From: a virus
Taxonomy: Duplodnaviria > Heunggongvirae > Uroviricota > Caudoviricetes
DNA length: 46,151 nt
Reading direction: 5' to 3' (one strand)
Virus record (IMG/VR): IMGVR_UViG_2861079508_000006
Shown here: positions 36,286-45,132 of the stretch, piece after piece
Position numbering within the stretch: the stretch's first letter is position 1
Layout: the number at the start of each line of letters is the position of its first letter
Made by a program: the position numbers and the translations under genes
The notes under the pieces: generated by a model
Told to the model about the DNA's origin: nothing
The model's database searches: none
What the model saw: only the letters and a program-made list of their open reading frames with translations

Positions 36286-37211
36286 AAATCCACCCCGTAA
36301 ATCCAGTCAGTGTTCGTCAGGTCGAGTTTTGGTTTGCCGGCTGTCACGCCAGCCTGTTGCTTGTTTCGGTTGATTTCGAGCTGGGTCCACTTGTCGCGGA
36401 GTTTGGCCGGACTCAGCACGTTACCGGACCAGAAGTTGTCCTGGCATGCCCAGCGGAACAGCACGCACATGTCGCGGTGGTTACGTCCATCACGTTCACG
36501 CATCAGGCGGATATCGTTAGCCCACCCTGCAAAATTCGGTTTTCTGGCAGAGGGCGCGATGGTCTTCACCATGTCAAACATCCACTCTGCGGCGGTCAGG
36601 TCTTCTGCTGTCCCCCATTTGCTGCCGCTCTGAATTGCAGCATCTGGTTTCACCACAGGAAGATCGTTTTCTGGTTGGTCAGAGGATTCGCCAGAATTCT
36701 CGGACGAAAAAGGTTTTATATTGTCTTTTGTTAGTTTGTCTTTTGTGTTTACCTGATTCGGGTAAACGCCTTTACCTGATTTGGGTAAACTTTTCTTACC
36801 TGATTCAGGTAAATTTACCTCTTTCAGGTAAACTTTATTTTTCTTACCTGATTCGGGTAATGTTGCCCATTCACTGACCACATTATTAATACCGATATTC
36901 CGCCCGCTCTGAATCAAAATCCCACGCTTTACCAGAACACTTTTTGCAGCAGAACACTTGTGCGGCAATATCCCGGTCAATTCGGACAGTTGCTCGTTGC
37001 TCACCCAATCCAGTTTTTTATTAAAGCCATATGTTTTGCGCATGACAGCCAGGAAGACCAGAAGCTGGTGCTGTGTTAATCCGGCCAGCATCACAGCTTC
37101 CAGCAACTCATTTGCAATGCGCGTATAACCATCATCGAGATCTGCCACGCGCGGCTCCTTTTGTGCCTCATCCGGCACTGGAAAATTGAATATCTCAGCA
37201 GTGTTTGCCAT
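36282..37211 (-). CDS. O: replication initiator O
   Basis: Contains VADLDDGY and the lambda-O-like N-terminal domain. Start placed at the Met 22 aa before VADLDDGY; the ORF extends to 37301. Confidence 0.85.
   Translation of the reverse strand: MANTAEIFNFPVPDEAQKEPRVADLDDGYTRIANELLEAVMLAGLTQHQLLVFLAVMRKTYGFNKKLDWVSNEQLSELTGILPHKCSAAKSVLVKRGILIQSGRNIGINNVVSEWATLPESGKKNKVYLKEVNLPESGKKSLPKSGKGVYPNQVNTKDKLTKDNIKPFSSENSGESSDQPENDLPVVKPDAAIQSGSKWGTAEDLTAAEWMFDMVKTIAPSARKPNFAGWANDIRLMRERDGRNHRDMCVLFRWACQDNFWSGNVLSPAKLRDKWTQLEINRNKQQAGVTAGKPKLDLTNTDWIYGVDL
36750..36860. repeat. ori iterons inside the O gene (five copies of an 18-bp TACCTGATTCGGGTAAAC-like unit) with adjacent AT-rich tract
   Basis: Five near-identical units at about 36750, 36773, 36797, 36816 and 36843; AT-rich stretch at 36720-36750. 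Confidence 0.7.
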
Positions 37212-37297
37212 AATTCCTTCCGCAATGAGTGCGTTACGATTTGCACCTGAAAGTCGGCTCTGTTCCCGCAGACCGGCTTTCGCCATTTCTGAACCTG

Positions 37298-37843
37298 TCA
37301 TATTGCCCCCAGCATGGTGGTAACCATCGCCATTAATGGACCAGCCAGATCCGGGTCCACACGAAACATCGACACAATACCTTCACTCATTTCCTTCAGT
37401 TTCTGGTGGCGTGGTGCGTTGAGAATGACCGCCTGCTTTGCCTCACAGAGTTCCTTTTCCATTTCAGCCAGCCGAGCCATGAAGCTATCCTGCTCAACCA
37501 GGTGGCCGCGATATTCCAGCGGTAGTACCGCCAGAATTGCCGGGGTCAGTTCACGCACGTTATTTCGGTATTTTTCAGAATCGAATTTGTTATCGAGGAA
37601 GCGGAACAGCTTCTGGCGTGCACGGCTGACATCATCAGGGAAATCGATGGTGCCGCCGCCCTGCTCCCGATACTCATTCACAATGAGTGCGGCAACAACA
37701 TCCTGATTATCTGCAGCCGACCACGCGCGAACGGCATCACGGATTTTTTCGTGGCCTGGCACCTGTTTTATTTGAGAACGATTTATCACCGCAGTCGGGC
37801 TAAATCCGCTAGTCTGTTGGTATGTAAGTGGTTGCATAGTCAT
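37298..37843 (-). CDS. early regulatory protein in the cII position (not lambda cII)
   Basis: 181-aa ORF between the cro-like gene and O; unlike the 97-aa lambda CII; function unknown. Confidence 0.45.
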   Translation of the reverse strand: MTMQPLTYQQTSGFSPTAVINRSQIKQVPGHEKIRDAVRAWSAADNQDVVAALIVNEYREQGGGTIDFPDDVSRARQKLFRFLDNKFDSEKYRNNVRELTPAILAVLPLEYRGHLVEQDSFMARLAEMEKELCEAKQAVILNAPRHQKLKEMSEGIVSMFRVDPDLAGPLMAMVTTMLGAI

Positions 37844-37867
37844 TGCCTTATCAGTTAACGCCGCAGT

Positions 37868-38101
37868 TTAGGCGGCAGAATTACTCGCGTTAATCAATGG
37901 TGCAAGGTCGGGACGAATATCTGCTGGTTTAATCTTTCCACCAGTGGCTGAGACAATTTTCATTACATAGCGGGCATCAATTCCGCCACCGTGTAGCCAA
38001 CGCCAAACAGTGGGCTGGGCTACACCGCATAGATCTGCCAGTCGTTTTTGACTACCTGTAATACTGATTGCGAGTTGAATGGTTTGATTTGTCATTATCA
38101 A
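37868..38101 (-). CDS. cro: Cro-like HTH repressor
   Basis: 77-aa ORF divergent from cI with an HTH-like segment (SQKRLADLCGVAQPTVWRW). Confidence 0.7.
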   Translation of the reverse strand: MIMTNQTIQLAISITGSQKRLADLCGVAQPTVWRWLHGGGIDARYVMKIVSATGGKIKPADIRPDLAPLINASNSAA

Positions 38102-38205
38102 TTCCTATTGGTATTACAATGAATGGATAATAGCAATGCGTATTAATCCAATCAATAGCAAAACGTGTTTTGACCATCAATACGCAAGCGTATAAATTAA
38201 AACTT
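38102..38205. promoter_or_regulatory. OR-like operator/promoter region between cro and cI
   Basis: Divergent intergenic region with repeated CAATAGCAA / CTATTGG motifs and the palindrome ATACGCaaGCGTAT (38180-38193). Confidence 0.5.
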
Positions 38206-38898
38206 ATGAAAAAAGAAACTCTTGCTGATCGCTTAAACCTAGCGATGGAACAATCTGGAATGTCTCAAGGCGCTCTTGCAAAGGCGTCTGGCGTAGCTCA
38301 ACCCACAATCTGGAGACTGACAAGCGGCAACGCACGCGGCTCAACAAAAATTGTTGAAATAGCTAATGCATTGGGTGTTCGAACAGAGTGGCTCTCATCA
38401 GGCATAGGCCCGATGAGAAATGACGGTCAACAATCAGGGAAGCCTGCTGTCAACCATTCCAAATACTTCAAAATTGACGTTCTTGATATAGAAGTCAGTG
38501 CTGGGCCGGGTGTCATCAACCGTGAGTTTGTAGAAGTCCTACGCTCGGTTGAGTACTCGTTTGACGATGCTCGTCACATGTTCGATGGCAGGAAGGCAGA
38601 AAATATCCGCATCATTAACGTACGCGGTGACAGCATGTCAGGAACGATCGAACCAGGTGATCTTCTGTTCGTTGATATCACTGTTAAATCTTTCGACGGT
38701 GATGGTATCTATGCGTTTCTGTACGACGACACAGCCCATGTAAAGCGCCTGCAAATGATGAAGGATAAGCTGCTGGTTATCTCTGATAACAAGAGCTACT
38801 CACCGTGGGACCCGATCGAAAAAGACGAAATGAATCGGGTATTTATATTTGGGAAAGTTATTGGGAGCATGCCACAGACATATAGAAAACATGGGTAG
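38206..38898 (+). CDS. cI: CI-type repressor (HTH_XRE plus S24 LexA-like autopeptidase)
   Basis: N-terminal HTH (SQGALAKASGVAQPTIWRL) and C-terminal S24 region with GDSM serine and a downstream Lys. Start placed at MKKETL; the ORF opens at 38170. Confidence 0.85.
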   Translation: MKKETLADRLNLAMEQSGMSQGALAKASGVAQPTIWRLTSGNARGSTKIVEIANALGVRTEWLSSGIGPMRNDGQQSGKPAVNHSKYFKIDVLDIEVSAGPGVINREFVEVLRSVEYSFDDARHMFDGRKAENIRIINVRGDSMSGTIEPGDLLFVDITVKSFDGDGIYAFLYDDTAHVKRLQMMKDKLLVISDNKSYSPWDPIEKDEMNRVFIFGKVIGSMPQTYRKHG

Positions 38899-39004
38899 AT
38901 TATTAATGACAGATTTCATCAAGATAACCAGATGATGTTTTGGTGAGACATGCTGACATCCTCATAATTTATAGAATGGATGTTTCAAGCAGAGCTTAAG
39001 GTAT

Positions 39005-40612
39005 ATGGATATGTCAAAAAAAAATTTTGAATTCAAAAATTACCCAATAGTCTTTATTGGCTCAGGCATTTCAAAAAGATATTTAGAGAACTACCCAACG
39101 TGGGAAGAGCTATTAAACGAGTATTGGAAAATAACAAATCCCACAAATGATTTCTATAGTTATCTTTTAACAATAAAAGAATCACATAAAAATAACAGTG
39201 ATAATGATATCGATCATAAGATTTATACAGAGGCAGCAAGTAAAATTGAAAATGATTACAATCTATTGTTTAGGACTGGCAAATTAAAATTAAATGGACT
39301 AGATGCCAAGAGGGTTTTTAGTGAAGATATTTCACCATTTAAATACGCCATATGCCAAAGATTTTCTAATAACACAATCAGAAAGGATGTAAATCTTGAT
39401 GAATTAGCATCATTTAAAACATTAATAAAAAAGGCCAAGATAATCATCACTACAAATTATGATGCTTTCATAGAAAATTTACTTCAAGAGCAAAATGTAA
39501 CTCCAAAACTCTATATTGGAAATAATGGTTTTTTCGAAGATACTATTGGCTGGAGTGAGTTATACAAAATACATGGTGATATAAAGGATCCACACTCAAT
39601 AATCATAAATAAAGATGATTACGAAAAATATGACAACAAATCTATACTCATTAGTGCCAAGATACTATCTAACATGATTAAAAATCCAATAGTTTTTCTT
39701 GGATATTCTTTAACTGACAGGAATGTAAAGAAACTTCTTTCTGATTTTTCCTCACAACTACCTAGAGAAGATGGTCGAAAATCAGCTGAAAGAATAATTT
39801 TGATTGAATATAAAGAGAATGAACAGGAAGTAGTACCAAAACAGATTACCGATCAACAGCTACAAATTACATATACATCTGTTAAAACAGATAACTATAA
39901 ACAGATCTATGATGAGATCAGTGCTGTTGATGAAGGGCTCTCACCTTATGATGTTTTAAGGTATCAAAGAGCCATTAAAACACTTATCATTAATGAGGGT
40001 GAAAAAGGGCACTTAGATACTCTATTGGTTTCACCTTCTGACTTAGACAGACTTGAAGAAAGTGTTAAACAAGGAAAAAATTTAGTTGTTGCTCTAGGCG
40101 ATAAAAAGTATGTATTCACACAAGTTAAAGAAATAAATTATCTTGAAGACTACTTATTTAATAAAAATGAAATATCTAATAAATTAGCCATAGATTTCAT
40201 ATTAGGTTCAGTAAACTCATTACAACTTCCATTTTCAAAAACTATAACCTCATGTAATTTGAAAGAGTTAAGTTTGCCAGCTAAATATGTGTTAAAACTA
40301 AATCAACGCATTGAACGCCACGGAAAACTAGGCGACTTGCTCAATAAAATCACCTTAGATAAAATCAATGCAAATAAAATTTACACCAACATCAAAGATA
40401 TAAAGGATGCAAAGTTCAAAAAGTACAAAGAATTGTCTATAGTCATTAAGAACATAAAAAATATCCCCAAAGAGGAGATTGAAGATTATGTTAAAAAAGA
40501 AGCGTTTGTTCAATTCAAGGCATGCGACGTTGACAATTTAAAAACCCAGTATAGGAAACTATTTCTTGCCTACGACTTGTTGATTCATGGAAATGTTGAA
40601 AAGATAAATTAA
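39005..40612 (+). CDS. candidate SIR2-like (DHS-like NAD-binding) protein with unrecognised C-terminal domain; putative lysogen-expressed anti-phage effector
   Basis: 535-aa ORF, strongly AT-rich relative to flanks, co-directional with cI. Motifs: VFIGSGIS (aa 16-23), TTNYD (149-153), HGD (190-192), FLGYSLTD (231-238). A likely alternative start is the ATG at 39011, which has an AAGG about 9 nt upstream. Confidence 0.55.
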   Translation: MDMSKKNFEFKNYPIVFIGSGISKRYLENYPTWEELLNEYWKITNPTNDFYSYLLTIKESHKNNSDNDIDHKIYTEAASKIENDYNLLFRTGKLKLNGLDAKRVFSEDISPFKYAICQRFSNNTIRKDVNLDELASFKTLIKKAKIIITTNYDAFIENLLQEQNVTPKLYIGNNGFFEDTIGWSELYKIHGDIKDPHSIIINKDDYEKYDNKSILISAKILSNMIKNPIVFLGYSLTDRNVKKLLSDFSSQLPREDGRKSAERIILIEYKENEQEVVPKQITDQQLQITYTSVKTDNYKQIYDEISAVDEGLSPYDVLRYQRAIKTLIINEGEKGHLDTLLVSPSDLDRLEESVKQGKNLVVALGDKKYVFTQVKEINYLEDYLFNKNEISNKLAIDFILGSVNSLQLPFSKTITSCNLKELSLPAKYVLKLNQRIERHGKLGDLLNKITLDKINANKIYTNIKDIKDAKFKKYKELSIVIKNIKNIPKEEIEDYVKKEAFVQFKACDVDNLKTQYRKLFLAYDLLIHGNVEKIN

Positions 40613-40617
40613 ATAAA

Positions 40618-40644
40618 CGCCCCGTACAAAGCGATGGCGGGGCT
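40618..40644 (+). terminator. putative terminator hairpin after the SIR2-like gene
   Basis: gccccg / cggggc stem with a 13-nt loop; the following sequence is only weakly T-rich. Confidence 0.3.
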
Positions 40645-40885
40645 AATAAGTCATTTATGTATCATTTAACAACTGACTAAAAAAATACACATAAGAACTC
40701 AGACTACCAATATTCGATTAAATTTGCTGCCAACCTACCGAGCTCACCACAACCCGATGCCCCTCTGTCACGAGGCACATTAAAGCTGTACAAATTTCAG
40801 CCACACCAATAAGTCTTCATACTCTTTTTTATAAAAATTCATTTAATTATCAATCAGAACAAGTATATCAAACATTATCAATACT

Positions 40886-40935
40886 AATTGCTATTGACTA
40901 CACCAATAGCTATTGCTATTGTCATGCTATTGCAT
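40886..40935. promoter_or_regulatory. OL-like operator cluster (candidate pL)
   Basis: Four copies of GCTATTG within about 45 bp (40890, 40909, 40915, 40926); the same heptamer occurs in the OR region. Confidence 0.45.
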
Positions 40936-41116
40936 CGATGTTGGTATCACAAAATTTATAACTTCACCGTTGCGATGACCGCTTAGATCCGCAGCTTGAA
41001 TTTCAGCAGGCTCCGGGGAGTGCGAGGGGTGAAGCGGACGCGTGAACGTCGGTGTGACCAGCTGAAATCAACTCAACACTTCATACCTCAGTCGCTTCAA
41101 CGAGGCGACTTAGTTA

Positions 41117-41406
41117 TGACAACCGGCGGCCATCCACCGCCTGAATACGCGCAGAAGTCTCTATATGTTCAGCAGCCCAGCTTACGGGCAGGAGTTTTTA
41201 TGGTTCATCAACATTACGGAACGCAGACCGTTAATCGAGGTGCGGTCATGCCAGGAATGCTGGTCAAACACAAAGATGGTACCTGGACTGCATCAGCTAA
41301 TTTACGCGGACGGCTATATCTGCATCGCGGCATCGAGCGCACTTATACCCGTGATTTGCTCGTGGAAGTTTTTCTCGACGGACGCGGTAACGGCCTGAAT
41401 CACTAA
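41117..41406 (+). CDS. hypothetical early protein
   Basis: ORF 40996..41406; the internal ATG at 41117 has a GAGG about 10 nt upstream. Not recognised; coding status uncertain. Confidence 0.3.
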
Positions 41407-41481
41407 TCCCCTTTCCTGTTTTCCTAATCAGCCTGGCATTTCGCGGGCGATATTTTCACAGCCATTTTCAGGAGTTCAGCC

Positions 41482-41778
41482 ATGAACGCTTATTACATTC
41501 AGGATCGTCTTGAGGCTCAGAGCTGGGCGCGTCACTACCAGCAGATCGCCCGTGAAGAGAAAGAGGCAGAACTGGCAGACGACATGGAAAAAGGTCTGCC
41601 CCAGCACCTGTTTGAATCACTCTGCATCGATCATTTGCAACGTCACGGGGCCAGCAAAAAAGCCATTACCCGTGCGTTTGATGACGATGTTGAGTTTCAG
41701 GAGCGCATGGCAGAACACATCCGGTACATGGTTGAAACCATTGCTCACCACCAGGTTGATATTGATTCAGAGGTATAA
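41482..41778 (+). CDS. gam: RecBCD inhibitor Gam (short form)
   Basis: 98-aa ORF matching the recalled lambda Gam short form ([21 protein letters not shown]...). Confidence 0.9.
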   Translation: MNAYYIQDRLEAQSWARHYQQIAREEKEAELADDMEKGLPQHLFESLCIDHLQRHGASKKAITRAFDDDVEFQERMAEHIRYMVETIAHHQVDIDSEV

Positions 41779-41783
41779 AACGG

Positions 41784-42569
41784 ATGAGTACAGCACTCGC
41801 AACGCTGGCTGGGAAGCTGGCTGAACGTGTCGGCATGGATTCTGTCGACCCACAGGAACTGATCACCACTCTTCGCCAGACAGCATTTAAAGGCGATGCC
41901 AGCGATGCGCAGTTCATCGCATTGCTGATCGTCGCCAACCAATACGGCCTTAATCCGTGGACGAAAGAAATTTACGCCTTCCCTGATAAGCAGAACGGCA
42001 TCGTTCCGGTGGTGGGCGTTGATGGCTGGTCCCGCATCATCAATGAAAACCAGCAGTTTGATGGCATGGACTTTGAGCAGGACAATGAATCCTGCACATG
42101 CCGGATTTACCGCAAAGACCGCAATCATCCGATCTGCGTTACCGAGTGGATGGATGAATGCCGCCGCGAACCATTCAAAACCCGCGAAGGCAGAGAAATC
42201 ACCGGACCGTGGCAGTCGCATCCCAAACGGATGTTACGGCATAAAGCCATGATTCAGTGTGCCCGTCTGGCCTTCGGATTTGCTGGTATCTATGACAAGG
42301 ATGAAGCCGAGCGCATTGTCGAAAATACCGCATACACTGCAGAACGTCAGCCGGAACGCGACATCACTCCGGTTAACGATGAAACCATGCAGGAGATTAA
42401 CACTCTGCTGATTGCCCTGGATAAAACATGGGATGACGACTTATTGCCGCTCTGTTCCCAGATATTTCGCCGCGACATTCGCGCATCGTCAGAACTGACA
42501 CAGGCCGAAGCAGTGAAAGCTCTTGGATTCCTGAAACAGAAAGCCACTGAGCAGAAGGTGGCAGCATGA
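41784..42569 (+). CDS. bet: single-strand annealing protein Bet
   Basis: 261-aa ORF matching recalled lambda Bet. Confidence 0.95.
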   Translation: MSTALATLAGKLAERVGMDSVDPQELITTLRQTAFKGDASDAQFIALLIVANQYGLNPWTKEIYAFPDKQNGIVPVVGVDGWSRIINENQQFDGMDFEQDNESCTCRIYRKDRNHPICVTEWMDECRREPFKTREGREITGPWQSHPKRMLRHKAMIQCARLAFGFAGIYDKDEAERIVENTAYTAERQPERDITPVNDETMQEINTLLIALDKTWDDDLLPLCSQIFRRDIRASSELTQAEAVKALGFLKQKATEQKVAA

Positions 42570-43246
42570 CACCGGACATTATCCTGCAGCGTACCGGGAT
42601 CGACGTGAGAGCTGTCGAACAGGGGGATGATGCATGGCACAAATTACGGCTCGGCGTCATCACCGCTTCAGAAGTTCACAATGTGATAGCAAAACCCCGC
42701 TCCGGAAAGAAGTGGCCTGACATGAAAATGTCCTACTTCCACACCCTGCTTGCCGAGGTTTGCACCGGTGTGGCTCCGGAAGTTAACGCTAAGGCGCTGG
42801 CCTGGGGAAAACAGTACGAGAACGACGCCAGAGCCCTCTTTGAGTTCACTTCCGGCGTGAATGTTACTGAATCCCCGATCATCTATCGCGACGAAAGTAT
42901 GCGCACCGCCTGCTCTCCCGATGGTTTATGCAGTGACGGCAACGGCCTTGAACTGAAATGCCCGTTTACCTCCCGGGATTTCATGAAGTTCCGGCTCGGT
43001 GGTTTCGAGGCCATAAAATCGGCTTACATGGCCCAGGTGCAGTACAGCATGTGGGTGACACAAAAAGATGCCTGGTACTTTGCCAACTATGACCCGCGTA
43101 TGAAGCGTGAAGGACTGCATTATGTCGTGGTTGAGCGGGATGAAAAGTACATGGCGAGTTTTAACGAGATGGTGCCGGAGTTCATCGAAAAAATGGACGA
43201 GGCACTGGCTGAAATTGGTTTTGTATTTGGGGAGCAATGGCGATGA
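42566..43246 (+). CDS. exo: lambda exonuclease Exo
   Basis: 226-aa ORF matching recalled lambda Exo. Confidence 0.95.
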   Translation: MTPDIILQRTGIDVRAVEQGDDAWHKLRLGVITASEVHNVIAKPRSGKKWPDMKMSYFHTLLAEVCTGVAPEVNAKALAWGKQYENDARALFEFTSGVNVTESPIIYRDESMRTACSPDGLCSDGNGLELKCPFTSRDFMKFRLGGFEAIKSAYMAQVQYSMWVTQKDAWYFANYDPRMKREGLHYVVVERDEKYMASFNEMVPEFIEKMDEALAEIGFVFGEQWR

Positions 43247-43425
43247 CGCATCCTCACGATAATATCCGGGTAGGCGCGATCACTTTCGTCTACTCCGTTA
43301 CAAAGCGAGGCTGGGTATTTCCCGGCCTTTCTGTTATCAGAAATCCACTGAAAGCACAGCGGCTGGCTGAGAAGATAAATAATAAACGGGAGGCGGTATG
43401 CACAAAGCATCTCCTGTTGAGTTAA
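43237..43425 (+). CDS. small early protein (lambda orf60a-like)
   Basis: 62-aa ORF directly after exo; position and partial recall. Confidence 0.45.
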   Translation: MAMTHPHDNIRVGAITFVYSVTKRGWVFPGLSVIRNPLKAQRLAEKINNKREAVCTKHLLLS

Positions 43426-43589
43426 GAACGAGTATTGAGATGGCACATAACCTTGCTCAAATTGGAGTCAGGTTTGTGCCAATACCAGTAGAAACAGACG
43501 AAGAATTTCATACGTTAGCCGCATCCCTTTCACAAAAGCTGGAAATGATGGTGGCGAAAGCAGAAGCAGATGAGAGAGACCAGGTATGA
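43398..43589 (+). CDS. small early protein (lambda orf63-like)
   Basis: 63-aa ORF; position and partial recall. Confidence 0.45.
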   Translation: MHKASPVELRTSIEMAHNLAQIGVRFVPIPVETDEEFHTLAASLSQKLEMMVAKAEADERDQV

Positions 43590-43665
43590 CAACCACTGAA
43601 TGCATTTTTCTGGCAGCGGGCTTCATATTCTGTGTGCTTATGCTTGCCGACATGGGGCTTGTTCA

Positions 43666-43881
43666 GTGACACCTCAGCAGGAAAACGCCCTTCGCAGCAT
43701 TGCCCGTCAGGCTAATTCTGAAATCAAAAAAGCCAGACAGCAGTTTCCGGATAAAAACGTCGATGACATTTGCCGTAGCGTACTGAAGAAGCACCGCGAA
43801 ACGGTAACGCTGATGGGATTCACACCGACTCATTTAAGTCTGGCAATCGGTATGTTAAACGGCGCCTTTAAGGAACGGTGA
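43666..43881 (+). CDS. small early protein (lambda orf61-like), probable GTG start
   Basis: In-frame GTG at 43666 begins VTPQQENALRSIARQ...; the upstream part of the ORF looks non-coding. Confidence 0.4.
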   Translation: MTPQQENALRSIARQANSEIKKARQQFPDKNVDDICRSVLKKHRETVTLMGFTPTHLSLAIGMLNGAFKER

Positions 43882-43979
43882 ACATGAAAAGCAAAATCCT
43901 CAGGGAGCTACAGGCTCCTTTTTTATTGTTCGCATTCACCCTCAAGCGTATTAACCAACAATTCAGGGATTAATGGAAG

Positions 43980-44201
43980 ATGGCAGACATCATTGATTCA
44001 GCATCAGAAATAGAAGAATTACAGCGCAACACAGCAATAAAAATGCGCCGCCTGAACCACCTGGCTGTATCTGCCACTCATTGTTGTGAGTGTGGTGATC
44101 CGATAGATGAACGAAGACGCCTAGCCGTTCAGGGTTGTCGAACTTGCGCCAGTTGCCAGCAAGATCTGGAGCTTATCCGCAAACAAAGGGGGATTAAGTG
44201 A
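43980..44201 (+). CDS. TraR/DksA-family C4 zinc-finger protein
   Basis: 73-aa ORF with CxxC...CxxC spacing (CCECGDPIDERRRLAVQGCRTCASC), typical of TraR/DksA-like factors. Confidence 0.7.
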   Translation: MADIIDSASEIEELQRNTAIKMRRLNHLAVSATHCCECGDPIDERRRLAVQGCRTCASCQQDLELIRKQRGIK

Positions 44202-44533
44202 TGGCTAACCTGCAACTTCCTGTTAAAAGTGAATTTTTCGATGCCATGATTCGCGGAGAGAAAACGGAGGAGTATCGCCTGTGTAATGACTATTGGAATA
44301 AGCGAATTATGTTCCGGGAGTATGACCGCCTGATTATCACAAAGGGATATCCGAAGCGCGACGATTCCAGTCGCAGAATTGATGTTCCGTATGACGGATA
44401 TGAAGTGAAGACAATCACACATCCACACTTTGGCGATAAACCGGTAAAGGTGTTCGCTATAAAGGTGAATATCAGCACTGAATATCAATCCGCACAACAC
44501 AAGGTCAAGAATGTTCAGAGTGATTTACCCTAA
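44198..44533 (+). CDS. hypothetical protein (ASCH/DUF3850-like)
   Basis: 111-aa ORF; weak resemblance to small phage ASCH-fold proteins. Confidence 0.4.
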   Translation: MMANLQLPVKSEFFDAMIRGEKTEEYRLCNDYWNKRIMFREYDRLIITKGYPKRDDSSRRIDVPYDGYEVKTITHPHFGDKPVKVFAIKVNISTEYQSAQHKVKNVQSDLP

Positions 44534-44789
44534 CACCTGGTACGTCGACCACCACGGCACTCCCTGCAAAATCCTGCGTTCTACCCACAACAAAGTTCAC
44601 TACATCCGAAAAGGCAGAACATGTATCGCCAGCATGTTCCGCTTTAATCATGACTTTGAACCTGTGAATAAAGCTGATGCAGATCGGATAGCAGAAGAGA
44701 TCGAAACGGCAGAACACATTAAGAAGTTACGTGACATGCGTTCAAAAAGCAGAGGTAACCATGGAATCATACAGCCTCACACTCGATGA
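44511..44789 (+). CDS. hypothetical protein
   Basis: 92-aa ORF upstream of the excisionase-like gene. Confidence 0.35.
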   Translation: MFRVIYPNTWYVDHHGTPCKILRSTHNKVHYIRKGRTCIASMFRFNHDFEPVNKADADRIAEEIETAEHIKKLRDMRSKSRGNHGIIQPHTR

Positions 44790-45132
44790 GGCCTGTCAGT
44801 TTCTTAAGATATCCAGACCAACCGCCACCAACTGGATACGAACAGGCCGCCTACAGGCAACACGTAAAGATCCAACCAAGCCAAAATCTCCTTACCTCAC
44901 AACACGGCAAGCCTGCATTGCGGCGCTTCAGTCTCCGCTGCATACTGTCCAGGTGAGCGCGGGTGATGGCATAACAGAGGAAAGAAAATGTCACTCTTCC
45001 GCAGAAATGAAATATGGTATGCCTCGTATTCGCTCCCGGGCGGGAAACGAATTAAGGAATCTCTTGGCACAAAGGACAAGCGGCAAGCTCAGGAGTTGCA
45101 CGACAAGCGAAAAGCAGAACTCTGGCGAGTAG
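44761..45132 (+). CDS. xis: excisionase-like HTH protein (AlpA/Xis family); 3' extent uncertain
   Basis: [31 protein letters not shown] resembles excisionase HTH. The ORF overlaps the int start by about 145 nt in another frame, so the true end may be earlier or the gene may be degraded. Confidence 0.45.
   Translation: MESYSLTLDEACQFLKISRPTATNWIRTGRLQATRKDPTKPKSPYLTTRQACIAALQSPLHTVQVSAGDGITEERKCHSSAEMKYGMPRIRSRAGNELRNLLAQRTSGKLRSCTTSEKQNSGE

Noticed and set aside
40996-41116. Arg-rich N-terminus of the 136-aa ORF as an N antiterminator
   Set aside because: Resemblance to an N-type arginine-rich motif is weak, there is too little room for a nut site upstream, and no boxB hairpin was found. 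Kept only as a low-confidence note.
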